Shown here in pieces: positions 1 through 11,786 of a stretch of DNA of 64,000 nucleotides. Made by a program: the position numbers and the translations under genes. Each line of letters opens with the position of its first letter. Within the stretch, counting starts at the first letter, position 1. Under the pieces are notes generated by a model that was not told where the DNA came from, searched no databases, and saw nothing but the letters and a program-made list of their open reading frames with translations. This DNA is from Rhodosorus marinus CCMP1338 (lineage: Eukaryota > Plantae > Rhodophyta): contig JAMWBK010000005.1 in assembly GCA_029953675.1 (NCBI GenBank), forward strand, positions 434,001-498,000, in the 5' to 3' direction.

Positions 1-433
1 CTTAGATTCCGCCAAAGTTAGAAAAATGACGTGTGCTGTGAGCAGACTGAGGAATTAAGGTTTTTTTCTTCATTGAGAAGGAGAGAGGGAAGCAGTCATT
101 TGGGGAAATCCCGGACTTTGAGAGTTCGGTGGAGCTGCTCGCATATTTATTTTGCTCTCTGTTGGGGGTTGTGGGGGGGGGCGAGGTGGAGAAAGGCATT
201 TTCTATTGGAGTGACTGCAAGATTTTTGATCGAATTTTTTTTGAAGGCGAGATTCTTTGTTTCATTCTCCACAGAGGAATTCGTGTTTTTTTTTTTCTCC
301 TTCCTGTACTGTGCGAGCGCCTTCGAATTTTTGCCACTGTATGCATATATAGTGTGAGTTGGGTGGGGTGGAATGGGTTGTTGCGTGGGCTGTAGCGATC
401 AGCGTAGCGGGCGGGGTGCTTTCGTGATTGATT

Positions 434-961
434 ATGTTTAGAGAAGGGCGACGCGGTGTTTATGGAAATGGGATGACAGTCGCGAAGAGGACTGGTGGAC
501 CTAGACGGGATCTGAAGTATCGGTGTACATGGGAAGGATGCGAGAAGAGTTTTTCTCGTCATTATAATTTTAATGTGCATTTGCGGTTACACACCGGATT
601 GGAGCCCTATGCTTGTCCACATGAGGGCTGTTCGAAGCGCTTCAAGTGGCAGTCGGGGTTGACAAACCATATTCGAAAACATGAGAACGGTCTCGCTGGA
701 CAGGATAGCGAGGATATGAAACGATCTGCTGGATGGTATACGAGAGCTCTGGACGGAAAGCGTAGGCTGGAGAACCGGGATTTCACGAGTTCCAGTGATG
801 AAGATGGGTCCATGTTTGAATTTGAAGTACGAGAAATAGGCATCCAGTCATCGGGAGTCGTGCTCGGCGGAGACAGCTACGGGGTAGAATATGTTGTGAA
901 AGACAAAGTCCTGATAAGGGCCTCAATTGAGAAACAAGAACCTTCTGTAAATGAAGCGTAG
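434..961 (+). CDS. C2H2 zinc-finger protein (two fingers)
   Basis: Two C-x4-C-x12-H-x3-H fingers (CTWEGCEKSFSRHYNFNVHLRLH and CPHEGCSKRFKWQSGLTNHIRKH) joined by a TGLEPY linker. First ATG at 434. Confidence 0.9.
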   Translation: MFREGRRGVYGNGMTVAKRTGGPRRDLKYRCTWEGCEKSFSRHYNFNVHLRLHTGLEPYACPHEGCSKRFKWQSGLTNHIRKHENGLAGQDSEDMKRSAGWYTRALDGKRRLENRDFTSSSDEDGSMFEFEVREIGIQSSGVVLGGDSYGVEYVVKDKVLIRASIEKQEPSVNEA

Positions 962-1315
962 TCTATACATAGCGACGATTGTAGAGCTGAGAGAGATCGC
1001 TGCAACGTTGATTTTCCTTTTTTCATTTCTAACTGCATTTATGTAAATCTAACATCATTTCGCTAAGCATACTTAGATGATCAAAAAATTGGTCATCACA
1101 CTCAGTATTCACATTTTTGTGAAGGCAAGGTGTTAGTTCGGTTAGTCTTAGTCCAACGGCGAGCCAGAAAACCGAAATCTGAACCCAAAGGGACATCGAG
1201 ACAGCTGCAATGCAGCCATGTCCATTTTGTCCAATAATCCTCTCCACGCTGTCCACAATCTTGGTTGTCAGAGGTTGTTCTAGGCGGACAGCCATCGGCT
1301 CGAACGGGCTTGACG

Positions 1316-2843
1316 TTAGTTGGACGGGAGGAATCTTTTTGATTTATACTGATCGTGACGTTTGGTTGGGGAACCAGACTCGTCGGGTATGATATTCAGC
1401 TCTTTCCGCACCCCCTCTGCGAGTGCTTCAATTCTTCGCTGGACATCCCTCATGAAAAACTTGTCCAGAATCGTCTCATTGTAATTTCTCAGTTTGAGCA
1501 TCTTCATTGCTTCTCTATCTCGAGCCAGAGAGTGCTCCTTCAAAAGCATCACCTCCCGCGTGTTACGATAGGCGTCGAACTCCTCCCGGCTACATTGGAA
1601 GAGATGTACCAATGTTTCGTCCAGGGATTGCGCATCTACTGTGTCTACCCACACGAAATCCGGTTCCTTCTTGAAAACCTTGAGCTGATTCCGAGCCAAC
1701 TTCCTGTTATTGTACACCATTTGCTGTGCCCAACAAAAGAGCAAGATCTCAGGGCATCAGGATAAGCACAGCTTGGGTGTACATGCTAGTTTGTCCCAAC
1801 TTGTTCAAACCTACCTCTACGTAATGCACCACTGCAGGCCTCTTCCGAGTTTGCTCTATGCCCCGGGCAAACTTGAGGAGAACCTCCTTGGTCTCCGCAT
1901 AGCCGACGCTCCTTGATACAGCAAATCCGTCTGGAATCAGATCGTTTTCAAGGAGGAACGCGACCTCTTCTATAATACCGTTATGTCGCAGCATCGATCG
2001 GCACCTGTTGTCAATCCTCTTCCACGTCTCAGCTCTTGGGGCAACGAGGAAGATCGGCCTGAAGTCGTACTCTCCGTATCCAAGCAAGCCATCTCCGCCA
2101 GGAGATCCTCCACGCCGCCCATGATCTGAAATAGTGCTTCCAGAATGGAAGAAAATTTCAAGATATCGCGCTAGCCTGGCCCTGCGTTTCCAGCAGGTCA
2201 AAACGAACGAATATGATCAGACCACCGTCGATCAGCTTGCGAGTACTTCATCTTGCTCTCCAGCATTGTCTGCGTAGTCTAAACGGACCAATTGTTCCTA
2301 GAAACCATCTCTGCAGCTCCAGGATCGACCGCCTCAAGTAGCGAGGTCGCGTAATCCCAATCGGGTTTGCACAAATCCAACATGTGTGAAACTAGCTCAC
2401 GAGCTGGTGGATCAACCTTCCCGGTGCTTGGCTTTCCATACAGAAGAAACCTGTGAACGGCAGGAACCGGAAGCAATGAGCCAGGCAGCAGACGAAGTCC
2501 TTGGACTCCCGAATAGAGATTCTTACCTAAGATACATCCACGTACCACCTACTACGACGGCGCTTGATTTTCGCCTGTAAATGTTGGTCAGGGCCGCCTG
2601 CGCGTCGTCAAAGAACTCTCCGGCGGAATAGTGAATTGACCCCGGTTTAACGAAATCAACCAAATGGTGCTTTAATACGCTCAAATGTAGCCTAGTCGGC
2701 TTATTCGTTCCGACGTCATAGTGTCTATACACTTTTGTGCTATCGCAGCTAACAATCTCCGCACCGAACTTCTGAGCAAACCGCCGTGCAGCACTTGACT
2801 TCCCCGCAGCAGTAATTCCAGATATGACTAGCACTTTTTTCAT
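1316..2843 (-). CDS. tRNA dimethylallyltransferase/isopentenyltransferase (IPPT family), divergent paralog A, 4 exons
   Basis: VISGITAAGKS P-loop, DSTKVYRHYDVGTNKP, HHLVD, YSAGEF, VVVGGTWMY, KRIDNRCRSML and SRSVGY. GT-AG introns join the exons in frame (YLR|FLLYGKP, NNW|ARLARYLEI, HYVE|QMVYNNRKLARNQ). No evident transit peptide. Confidence 0.85.
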
Positions 2844-3990
2844 AACCTATTGTCCCTCCCTCCTCACACGTCCTCGGCTGCCTAACGGCAACCTTCAAGA
2901 ACGCTCTTCAGCGAGTACTAATTCCACACCTTCCAAAAAAAATTCTGAAACCCATAATTTAAGTGCACTACATCCAGACAAAGGGCTTTAAACCCATCAG
3001 CTAGCCACACCCCGCACGCTACCGATCAACTTCAGTCGCATCCACCCCACCATCACACGCTCCTACTCAACGACGTAGGAGGAGCAGGTTCTAAGCCGGT
3101 TCTCTATAGACTTGAGGATGGTAATGTCTATGACTACCTCATCAAAAGCATCAAACCTCCCCCACTAAAACGTAACACTCCGACATTGACTTGTTATGGC
3201 TTGCGTGGTGATAGCTTCGACGGGGTTGACGGAGTTGTCGCTAAAGGCCTACAAGAACCTCGTATTAGCTACAGCTTAATCTACCGCCCGCTAGGTATGG
3301 ACTGATCCCCTGGAAGTCTTTGTCACGGTTTCTGAAGATGTTGTGATTTCGTTGCTAATCAATGGAATTGTTTCACTGGCGTGGGGTGAGGGCTTTCATG
3401 CCCGCCGCGTTCATCGGTGTGAGAGAGTTCACCCGAAGCAGAACCCTTTGCATGAAAAACGTTAATCGGATCCTAGTCTGTTCCAACAGGACGACAAGTC
3501 GATAAGGAAATGACAGCGTGCCTGCTGAGCCAGTCGTAGATGAGCCAAGTTACACCACCCTTCTCTAAGCAAACGAACTGGGGTGGGAGACCGGAACATA
3601 AACCCTCTTTTCGCGCATCAAGTTGCCCAGCGGGAGATGGATACCTCGTACCTAATCTAGCTGTTGTGTCAGTCGATGTTCGACCATCGAACGTAACGAT
3701 CGGTTGCGGTTTGCTCGTTCGCCAAAGCTTGTCTAGTTGGCCCTATGTACTCGGCCATGTTTCCTCATCTCGACGACGCTATTGATTTCTAGTACTCTAC
3801 GAGTACACGTTCGCGGGCGAGATCTAATCTGTGAATCATTCATACAATAGGAAGAGGGCGATGAAGGCAGGTTGCTGCGTTTGCTGTCGGATTCTGCGCG
3901 AGCGGGTAAGAAGTGTTATGGCGTGCAAGAAGAAACCAACTCGATGAATTTGGTTGTTTGCTTCCGGTAGAGGCAGTTGCAGTCTCCTTA

Positions 3991-5404
3991 ATGGACTCCT
4001 CTGCGTTTGTGCCAAGCGGAGCCAAGTTGGGGTGTCCAAGGAAGCTTCGTCGTTGCAGAGCCGTCTCGATGGCTAGTGATCGAAAAGTACTTGTTATTTC
4101 TGGTCCAACTGCCGTCGGAAAGTCTTCACTTGCGATCAAACTGGCACAGCGGTTGGACGGGGAGATCATTTCCGCAGATTCCGTTCAGGTTTATCGCAAC
4201 CTCGACGTCGGATCCAACAAGCCTAGCGAAGAGGAAAGAAGAACAGTCAAGCATCATTTGATCGATGTAGCACTGCCTGAGGAGGATGATTACTCTGCTG
4301 GTCAGTTCTTCCACGACGCCAGAGCGGCGACACAGGACGCGCTTGGCAGAGGAAAGCTTCCCATTGTTGTCGGAGGGACGAGCATGTACGTCCGATGGTT
4401 TGTTTACGGTAAACCTCCTACGGCCGAGTCAAGCCCGGAAGTACGAGAACAAGTGGAGCGGGAAGTGGCTGAAGTACATGGAGACTGGAACGCCGCGCTC
4501 AACCTTTTGTCGGAACTGGATAAGTCGAGAGCGGAAAAGCTGGAGAAGAATGATTGGTACAGACTCAAGAGGTCACTTGAGATCATACGAAGCTCAGACA
4601 GGACCATTACGGACTTGCCCGATGTCGGAGCTGCACCGGCTGCCGTCATGCCCGAGAAGTCCGATTTGGATGTGAGATGCATTTTCCTCATTGACTCACG
4701 GCAAGCACTATTCAAGCGGATTGATGAGCGATGTGAGATTATGCTCGCCAAGAACGGATTGATTTCGGAGGTCGCTGAGCTCCTGCTCGAGAACCGTTTG
4801 AGGCTTGAGTCTTCCCCTACTCGTGCCATTGGATATAGACAAGTCATTGAGTACCTACTTGCGAGAAAGCTTGACCTAGAAGGGGTGGAAGATCCCAAGG
4901 CGGCGTTCAGGAGTTTTCTGAAGGTGAGCATCTTGCGCTTTGTTCGTTTAAAATTTCACCTGAGCAGCTTGCGCGGGTCGGTAATTCTGAGCTAGTATGT
5001 CTGAATGAATCATCTTCTCCACCTCCTTATCCAACCGAACTCATAAGGTTTTCATGTCTGCAACGAGACAATATGCAAGGAAGCAGATGCAGTGGTTTCG
5101 TTCCGATAAGAACTTCCTCTGGCTACCAATCTACCCAGCAGATTTTGAAATGAACTACGACAACCTCGAATATGAAGCGGAAAGATTGATTTCTCTCGAT
5201 CGGGAAGCGTTTGATGCTGAAGTAGCGTCGTCAACGCAGACCAGACTTCGCGAGTTGTATTCAGCAGAGGGGCCCTCTATGAAGCGCTACATCTCACAAC
5301 CAGTCTTGATAACTCCTGACGGGCAAATCGAACGAAAGCTGCTCGCTGAAGTGGAGAATTCCGCAGCTCGACTACGAGCCGAAGAAATGTACATCAAAAC
5401 CTAA
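3991..5404 (+). CDS. miaA: tRNA dimethylallyltransferase (MiaA/IPT9-like), paralog B, 2 exons, with organellar transit peptide
   Basis: VISGPTAVGKS, IISADSVQVYRNLDVGSNKP, IVVGGTSMY, RAIGYRQ and TRQYARKQMQWFR. Intron 4924-5047. Ser/Arg-rich N-terminal extension (MDSSAFVPS...RAVSM). Confidence 0.92.
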
Positions 5405-6115
5405 CCATTATTGATTTCTTGCAGAAGCGAAGAGCGAAGGGTCCCCACAATGTCCTGATGGTCAAGGGCAGTCGGGACAGTCTCCATAGTCCACCGAAGC
5501 AGCTTAGGACTGAGCGTTGACCCAACTACGGCGTGAAGAAAAAACATCAGATGAGGTTGAGCTGTCTCAGCTCGGCTTCGCTTCGAAGCGAATGAATTCC
5601 CTGAGAATGAGGGAGCTGTAATGCATTTTTCCGAAAATTGAATCGCAAAGAGAGTGGAATTTATGTGACCCCTCACGCATAGCCATTTCTGCGTCTATGC
5701 TCTGGTTCATCTGATAAAAACAAATTGGAACCCGGCGGATCTTTCAAGTCTTCATCCCGTGGTTGGAAGCCATGACGGGTTCTTTCTGGGCGGCTTTGTG
5801 GCGAGTTAGGGAAACCTATGATGATGTTGATGAATTCGTGAATGGCCGCTCTACATTGCTGTTAGAGTAGCTCGACTCGCCCAGCTTGAAAACGCGCAAC
5901 GTATCATACTGCATCAATGCGCTTAAGCTTGGAATGGCCTTCAGTATTTCGCCTGGCCGGCTCCTACAGCGATTGCGCCGGACATGCGTTTCCTGGAATT
6001 CGACGTAAGATATCGGCAAAGTCCTGGAGATAAGAGCATATCGTCGAGCGGCGCTGAGCCGCGTTTCTTTCAGAAATTCACGCTTGAACCGAAACCTATA
6101 GTTGTGCGATTCCAA
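5401..6115 (-). CDS. possible hypothetical protein (ORF fragments 5816-6115 and 5401-5676)
   Basis: Two ORFs on the same strand in coding-like composition. No recognisable domain, and the exon join is unresolved. Confidence 0.25.
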
Positions 6116-6172
6116 ATGTCACCTCATCAGACTACGTCCAGAAGCCCTTTTCCTGTACCATTGACTGGGAAC

Positions 6173-6216
6173 CCAAAGGTTCCAAAGGTTCCAAAGGTTC
6201 CAAAGCTACCCAAAGG
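6173..6216. repeat. 9-bp tandem repeat (CCAAAGGTT)x3 plus degenerate units
   Basis: Read directly: ccaaaggtt ccaaaggtt ccaaaggtt ccaaagcta cccaaagg. Confidence 0.9.
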
Positions 6217-8622
6217 ACAATATAAAACCACAATGTAAAACCTGTCCGCACTCGCTCCCACTTCTTAGAACCTAGGAGCAGGTCCTGATCGAAACAGTTT
6301 CAAATAGAGCGCCATAACTCTTTTAGATTCGCTTCTCCGTACAGAGTGCCGTGTCAACAAGAGATATGCGGTTAGCCACGCGCACAGAATAGCTCTACTA
6401 ATACTCTCCGAAACTGATTGTTAAGTGGATAAACAGGCGTCGCGTCACAACTTTAAAAAAACAAAACAAACAGAGACGAGAGTTCTCCACATGCGAGCAG
6501 CCAAAATCTGCTGTCCTCGTTCACCAACCACTGCCAGGCACAACAAGCAGACGGTCAACCCCCACCCAACCGCATGAATGTAATAATAAACTCAATACAT
6601 CTATCGATAATAACACTAATATCAAATGCAAAACTTAATAAATTCAATATTAATGAAACTTATAGATATCAGTAAACGGTCTGGGGTGGATCGTGCAAAA
6701 AAAAACAAAAACTTACCGGTCTTTCTTTGAATTTATAATGGTGGCAAAAAGAAAAGAAAAAGAAAACCAAAAGGTTTTTTTTTCATATTCATCGTTTTAA
6801 TGCTTGTTTTGGAAGGTCTTGATAACCGGAGACAAACATCTTGGAAAAAATTGAAGTGTCAGCTTTTTCTTCTTGAGTTCACAATTTGAAAAGAACTTTT
6901 TTTTTGTGCCTTTATGCCAACACTTCCGTTTCGCATAGTATTGGCAAAAAAACATGCCTAAGAGATGGCAAAAGTACCCCAAAAACAAAAACCAAGAAAT
7001 TGATAAACTTGTTTGTATCTTGTTTTAAGTAAGAGTACTAATTTTTTTTACAATTGTATAGGGGGTATATAGTCTTCACTCAATCAATATTTCATGTTGA
7101 TTGTGCTATATTAGAGAAATGTCAGCTGTTAATTGGCTCACATATTTTTGAATATAAGTTAAAATAATCGTCAATTCTGACGAAATCGTTGATAGTTGGT
7201 GTTTTAGGGGATATTTGTGAATTCGCAATGAGGGGGTCTGTTTTGGCAAGTACCGTCTGGTTCGTTTGGACTGACACAGCAAATGTATTCTGAATACAAC
7301 TTGAAAGCTCCTGCTGATACGGAAGAATTATCTTCTGGAAAAGCGCAATTCTGAGGGCCGATAATTGCTGAATTTCAAAAAACTAAAAAAAACTAAGGCC
7401 GGGGGGGGGAGCGGCGTTTGGAAATGGATAAAGTATGGAGGGGGTTAGGAAAGCGGAAGAAATCGTGCTGGTTGGATGACGTTGCTTAGCGGTGGTAAAA
7501 TATTTGAAAGAAAATCGAGCGTTTTTCTGCCCAACTGGACACAAGCGCGAAGAAAAAAAGGGGGCAGGAAATATTGTCACCCCTTCTTCTTGTGTGCTCG
7601 CAATCGCGTACAATTTGACGAGACACAACGACCTCGGTGTGGGGCTTAAAAAATGAGACCGAATACAAAAAATATTGAAATTATTTTAAAGGTACACGAA
7701 TGACGAATTTCCTGTGTTTTAGTTGGACGTAGGATCCTTCTAAAACTTAAATTAAATTCAAACATCCCGCTCGTTCACCTCTACAGAAAAAAAAAAGGCA
7801 GTTAGCAGCCACATCGCCACCCCCCCCCTTTTTAAAGGAAAAGAGACCCCCGAATTCCAAACTTAAGTATTACTAAAATTATTACAACAACATATCTGCC
7901 TAGTAACGAAAACAGAAATGCAGGGCGACAGGCATTCTTCATCAATTAACGTATAGTCAATTTACTTGTATCGCCTCCGCCACCTATCATATACCTTAAT
8001 ATTTCTTCTATTAATTTTCTTTTTTATATCGTATACAATAATATATATGATATATCCATAGAAAAATTCGATTATATGTCGCGGGTTTCTCCCTCATCCT
8101 GGAACCCCCCAGCCTTTTGTATAAGAATTGTACAAGGCTAGCAAATGCTTGAAGGTTTTTTGAACGAACGAGTAGGATTGGATTGCTGATATTTAGTAAA
8201 TCCTACAGAGGGGAGGGGAGGGGGAGGAGCGGGGAGGAGGGGGTAAGGAGAAGCTTACTATCCTTGAACGTTTTGTTTTTGGGGCGCACCTGAAAGGTCT
8301 GGTTTTTTTGGTGCTCTATGACAACGGGGTCTCATTTGGGAGTTGGGAAGACGCTAAACGGGCTTCAAAAGCTGTTTGCATTATAGGGTGGTGATGTGTG
8401 TTGGTTTGGGGTTGGGGGAGGAGAAGGTGTGAGGAGATATATATAGTGTTTGGAATGTTGGGATTAAGAGAATCTGTAGATCGAAGGGGGTGAATTAATG
8501 AAGTGGAAAGGGGAGGCTTGTGGAGTTAGTTTGGACTGGAGAAAGATGTTGCGGGTTTGACAAGGCAGTTTGCGGCTTGCTGGAGTTTGTGGGGGTGGTT
8601 CTTGGTGCGGTGGGTGTTGAGG

Positions 8623-9780
8623 ATGCAACTTCCAAAGTTTTTGTGGAGGAGATCTCTGGTCTCGAAACGAAAGAACTTCTCGTTCTCGTCGAGCGGGATG
8701 AGCATGACTGGCTCGGAGGATGTTTCTTCTTCGAAGACGGGTAGTAGTGGTGATTTGGTGGTCCCCGATGATAGTTGTGGCATGAGCAGGCGAGATTTTG
8801 TAGAGGAAAAGGAAACAATATCGGAGGTTGATGGGTCGAAGATTCCCACAGGAATTGCTGTTGCGTACCGGGAAAGAAAGCCCAGCTCGTCGTCGAATCC
8901 TGTGAACTGGAAATTGATGCATACGGCAGTTCCTGCCACGCTCTTTGACGCGCGGGTGAAACGCTCTGTGGAGCCGGTGGAGGTTTCAGAAGCTTTTGGT
9001 GTGAAGAAGTCAACGGTTGAGAAGAACTGGCATCTTCCAAAGAATGAGAATAGACGGCCACGTCAGCGTTCACCTAAAAGTGAAACGCAGTGGAGGAATA
9101 CTTTCTTTTCGAAGCCTGTGAACCCGAAGGAGGTAACTGCTAGCCTGCTATTATGGCGTTCGAGTGAACCGGGCCCTTTTGGCTCTGAGTTCAGGGAGGA
9201 GGCGCAGGAGAGCCTCCACATTGATGGGGATTACGATCTCGAGAAGGGAGGATCTTTTGTGGCTGAGGCATCGGTGGAGAAGCTGCATAAGGGAGAAGTG
9301 TGCCTCGAATTGGGCATTGGAGTGGGTCGTAAGGTGCAGTTGTATTCAAATGGCGAGGTTTTCTTGGATGAGAAGTATCATGGTACTGCGGTTGGTTTTG
9401 GCTCCAAGAACGTTGTAAAGATTGTGCTTGAACGTGACTGCTCAATGCCGGTAGAGTACTGTTCCAGGGTAACTTCGGAATCGGAGAAGTCGGTTGACGA
9501 GACCTTCGACACCAGTAAGGAGACCTTGATACCCAGCAACCTCCAGCTCAGCGTCTTGAAAGACAATAATAACTACTACACAATGTTTATCCCGAGGGCT
9601 ACGGCGAACTTGGTTCATGTAGAAATGTGCGTGTTTTACCCAAGTGCGTGTATCGTTGGGCTATCAACGGCGGTTGAAGACGTTCCGGAGGATGAGCCTT
9701 GCGCATTGCCGACGCTCTGTGCTGTACAGAGCAGCGACGTTATGGGAAGCAGCATTATTAGTCCGGTAATTGCAATCTAA
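8623..9780 (+). CDS. hypothetical protein (~385 aa)
   Basis: Long uninterrupted ORF, first ATG at 8623. Ser-rich N-terminus and a beta-strand-like C-terminal half. No family recognised. Confidence 0.7.
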   Translation: MQLPKFLWRRSLVSKRKNFSFSSSGMSMTGSEDVSSSKTGSSGDLVVPDDSCGMSRRDFVEEKETISEVDGSKIPTGIAVAYRERKPSSSSNPVNWKLMHTAVPATLFDARVKRSVEPVEVSEAFGVKKSTVEKNWHLPKNENRRPRQRSPKSETQWRNTFFSKPVNPKEVTASLLLWRSSEPGPFGSEFREEAQESLHIDGDYDLEKGGSFVAEASVEKLHKGEVCLELGIGVGRKVQLYSNGEVFLDEKYHGTAVGFGSKNVVKIVLERDCSMPVEYCSRVTSESEKSVDETFDTSKETLIPSNLQLSVLKDNNNYYTMFIPRATANLVHVEMCVFYPSACIVGLSTAVEDVPEDEPCALPTLCAVQSSDVMGSSIISPVIAI

Positions 9781-10101
9781 CTTGCTAACTGAAAGGTTTA
9801 ATTACTCCTTACAATAGGAATGTATAGATAGTCCTCGATATGTGTGTGTACCTCTGTCCCCTGTTACTGTAACATTAAACTAGTGGGAGGAAAGCTTCCC
9901 TTTGAAGTCAAGTAGAAATGTTCACTTCTCGACAATTCGCGGTAACCTATGGCCTTGTTTTATGCAGCCTTTGTCATAGCTCCAGCAGTTAGAGAAAAAG
10001 CACGGAAACAGGTGCCGCCACTGAGTCAGTTGCTTCGTCCGGTCCATAGCATATCGCTTCATTGACGTGCTAGAAATAAATAATCCCCTTCGAATTACTC
10101 T

Positions 10102-10767
10102 TCACACCGCACAAGCTGGATTCTGTTCTTCAAATCTTAGGTATTCGCCCACATCACCTTGATGGAGCACAATAATGTCTGTTGGACCAGCTTTTCTAGC
10201 TTCTTGTGTGGTTCTCGCCGTAACTCCAAAGCCTGAGGTAAGTAGGAGCGGTTAGGTGCTGTTCCTCTCAATCTTGTTCAGATTTTCATAGGTCGCGAGA
10301 TACGTACCCAACGGCGTTCCAGCCATATTGTACACCACCACTCCAGTGTTCTGGGGTGTGTTTTCTGTTATCCTTCCTAGACCTGCTTTCAAAATGTGGT
10401 TACCATACAGGAAGGACATCTCCTGGGACGGCTTTAACCAGACTTTGAACTAGAAAAACAAAACGAGAAGTTGGCTAGAATTTTCGTTCGAGGTTTCGCG
10501 CCATCCAGTACGCCCTCTTACCTCACAAAGCTCAGAAAGCAACGGTAGGCAGGTTATCAGAATGTGAAATTTTTTGTGATGCGTAAAACGTCCTACGCAA
10601 GTGCCCAAACAGGCGAGAGAATCTCTGCTTATGTTCGTTGCTTTTTTCATCAACTCTTCCGACGTATAATAAACGCGGTCCTTTTGAAGCCTGCAAGAAG
10701 GAAAGGATCCGCGAGACCGTCAGCAATAAAGCGACCAAAACAAAAAACAGTCAAAGCGATACTTACG

Positions 10768-10809
<42 letters not shown>

Positions 10810-10961
10810 TTGTATGCATAGGTCATAGTTGTCACTTGAACTTACCGAAAGCAATAAATCTCCTTGTCCTTCCTCTCGATCATCAGCTTCACATTCGTGC
10901 CAATGAACTTGGACAGCTTCTCAAACACTGCTCGAGTCTCATCCTCTGTCAATGGCCTCAT
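10102..10961 (-). CDS. NIP7: 60S ribosome biogenesis protein NIP7 (4 exons; missing from ORF track)
   Basis: Manual splicing gives [21 protein letters not shown]...YCFR|LQKDRVYY...[12 protein letters not shown]...|[47 protein letters not shown]|GFGVTARTT...[15 protein letters not shown]. These are NIP7/PUA signatures. Confidence 0.95.
10771..10805. repeat. (TA)17 microsatellite in NIP7 intron 1
   Basis: Perfect TA run read directly. Confidence 0.97.
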
Positions 10962-11786
10962 TATTCGTTTATATTAATGCAGACCAAACCGTCTATAGAC
11001 CTTCTTTATTTCAACTGTTTCCTTACAAGTCTTCTCCTTAACATCTCTTGAACACTTCCCGACCATCACTTCCCCCGTCCCCATCTACATCTTCCTTTCC
11101 ATTCCCAACACCGACGTCGACCGTATAAGCTTATTGCGAAATCAAAATCAACCCTTTGAACAATATAATTGGTCTATAATTTGACTATTTCTCCTTCTAA
11201 AGCCAATTAATTTTACAATTAGTAGATAATAGAAAACTAGCTTCCAGTATATTTATGCCATATTATTATCAATAGTGCTTACGATGAAGTACGTTAATTG
11301 CAGCTTGCGCGCGTGGCTCCTGTTTCGGTCTGGAGCAACGAGGTGCATTACCAATGTAAAAAACGACGAATAGCCTTGTATAACCTCTGCTGACTGGAGG
11401 AGTAAGCAGAATCTAGCACCCAGTTCAGCTATCCTCTGACCTGGAATTGGTTTGCACAAGGTTTGGATTTAAGTGCTATCGGCCAGCGCGGAGAGTGCTA
11501 TCGACCATTAGCCGACTTGACAGGCTGTGAGTAGGTGCAAGATACCCTGATCATAGGTCTCATTCTCTCGCGCGACGAAACTGATTTGACTCGATTTGCC
11601 CGTCCTGGCTGATGATCGTCTCTTCTCGGCTAGACTCTGTGACGGTATGGCTTTGAGAGTTCCGTGTTTGTATACATCGTCAGTACAAGGAAAGCACCCT
11701 CGCATCTTTATTCGGAGCCTTTGGCATTGGAAGGCTGTGAAGGAAGACGAAGTCGTTTTGGACAGGAGTAGAGGGCAGAATGAAAA

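Noticed and set aside
1029-1295. 88-aa ORF right after IPT-A
   Set aside because: No recognisable motif; it probably lies in the 3' UTR.
2900-3900. Spacer between the IPT genes as a possible ncRNA or small-gene locus
   Set aside because: No snRNA, tRNA or snoRNA signature and no credible ORF could be supported by eye.
5577-5592. Perfect 16-bp palindrome TTCGCTTCGAAGCGAA
   Set aside because: About one 8-bp-arm palindrome is expected by chance in a window this size.
6110-6135. CTGATGAG on the minus strand resembling a hammerhead ribozyme core
   Set aside because: No properly spaced GAAA with supporting stems was found.
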